A DNA stretch of 6,114 nt from Candidatus Wukongarchaeum yapensis (lineage in GTDB: Archaea > Asgardarchaeota > Wukongarchaeia > Wukongarchaeales > Wukongarchaeaceae). Under the pieces are notes generated by a model. It saw nothing but the letters and a program-made list of their open reading frames with translations, was not told where the DNA came from and ran no database searches. Numbering within the stretch: the first letter of the stretch is position 1; each line of letters starts with the position of its first letter. The translations under genes and the position numbers were made by a program. This document shows positions 5,947 through 6,114 of this stretch, piece by piece. Location: contig JAEOSI010000144.1 in NCBI GenBank assembly GCA_016840425.1, forward strand, positions 1 through 6,114, written 5' to 3'.

Positions 5947-5960
5947 ATTTAAGTATAAAA
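5947..5960 (-). promoter_or_regulatory. Putative TATA region of dnaJ
   Basis: Minus strand reads TTTTATACTTAAAT, about 45-55 nt upstream of the ATG. The adjoining T tract could alternatively be a terminator of an upstream gene. Confidence 0.4.
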
Positions 5961-6053
5961 AAAGAAAGGATAGAGCGACTTACTTCTAACTACTAATAAA
6001 AATAGTTTTTTATTTTTTCTTAAATGTTTTTGTTTTGCTTTGTTTTTATATTC

Positions 6054-6114
6054 ATGCTCAACGAAGACTCTTTCCGCAAGGGAGAAGATAAATTGCTATC
6101 GATGAATATTAGGG
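6054..6114 (+). CDS. Possible 5' end of a gene divergent from dnaJ (product unknown)
   Basis: Frame open to the edge (MLNEDSFRKGEDKLLSMNIR) with in-frame ATG 6054, TTG 6093 and ATG 6102. GGAG at 6081-6084 lies 8 nt before TTG 6093, and TTTTTATA is at 6043-6050. Too short to identify. Confidence 0.3.
   Translation, partial: MLNEDSFRKGEDKLLSMNIR

Overview
AT-rich archaeal chromosomal segment with GAGGTGA/GGAGG-type ribosome-binding sites, BRE/TATA-like promoters and oligo-T terminators. The gene content points most likely to an Asgard archaeon (inference). From left to right: the 5' part of a LysX/ArgX ATP-grasp ligase (minus strand, runs off the left edge, missing from the ORF track), the amino-group carrier protein LysW (minus, ends EDWGE), a divergent promoter region with a perfect 21-bp direct repeat plus an inverted half-site, a stand-alone 87-aa single-domain gelsolin/villin-like protein (plus; a eukaryotic signature protein and candidate actin regulator), a TrmB-family regulator (plus), a convergent GH57 4-alpha-glucanotransferase/amylase-type enzyme (minus) and a class A DnaJ (minus) with no adjacent dnaK/grpE visible. 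No RNA genes, CRISPR array or mobile element were seen. The most interesting elements are the minimal gelsolin gene and the operator-like repeat array it shares with the lysW-lysX unit.
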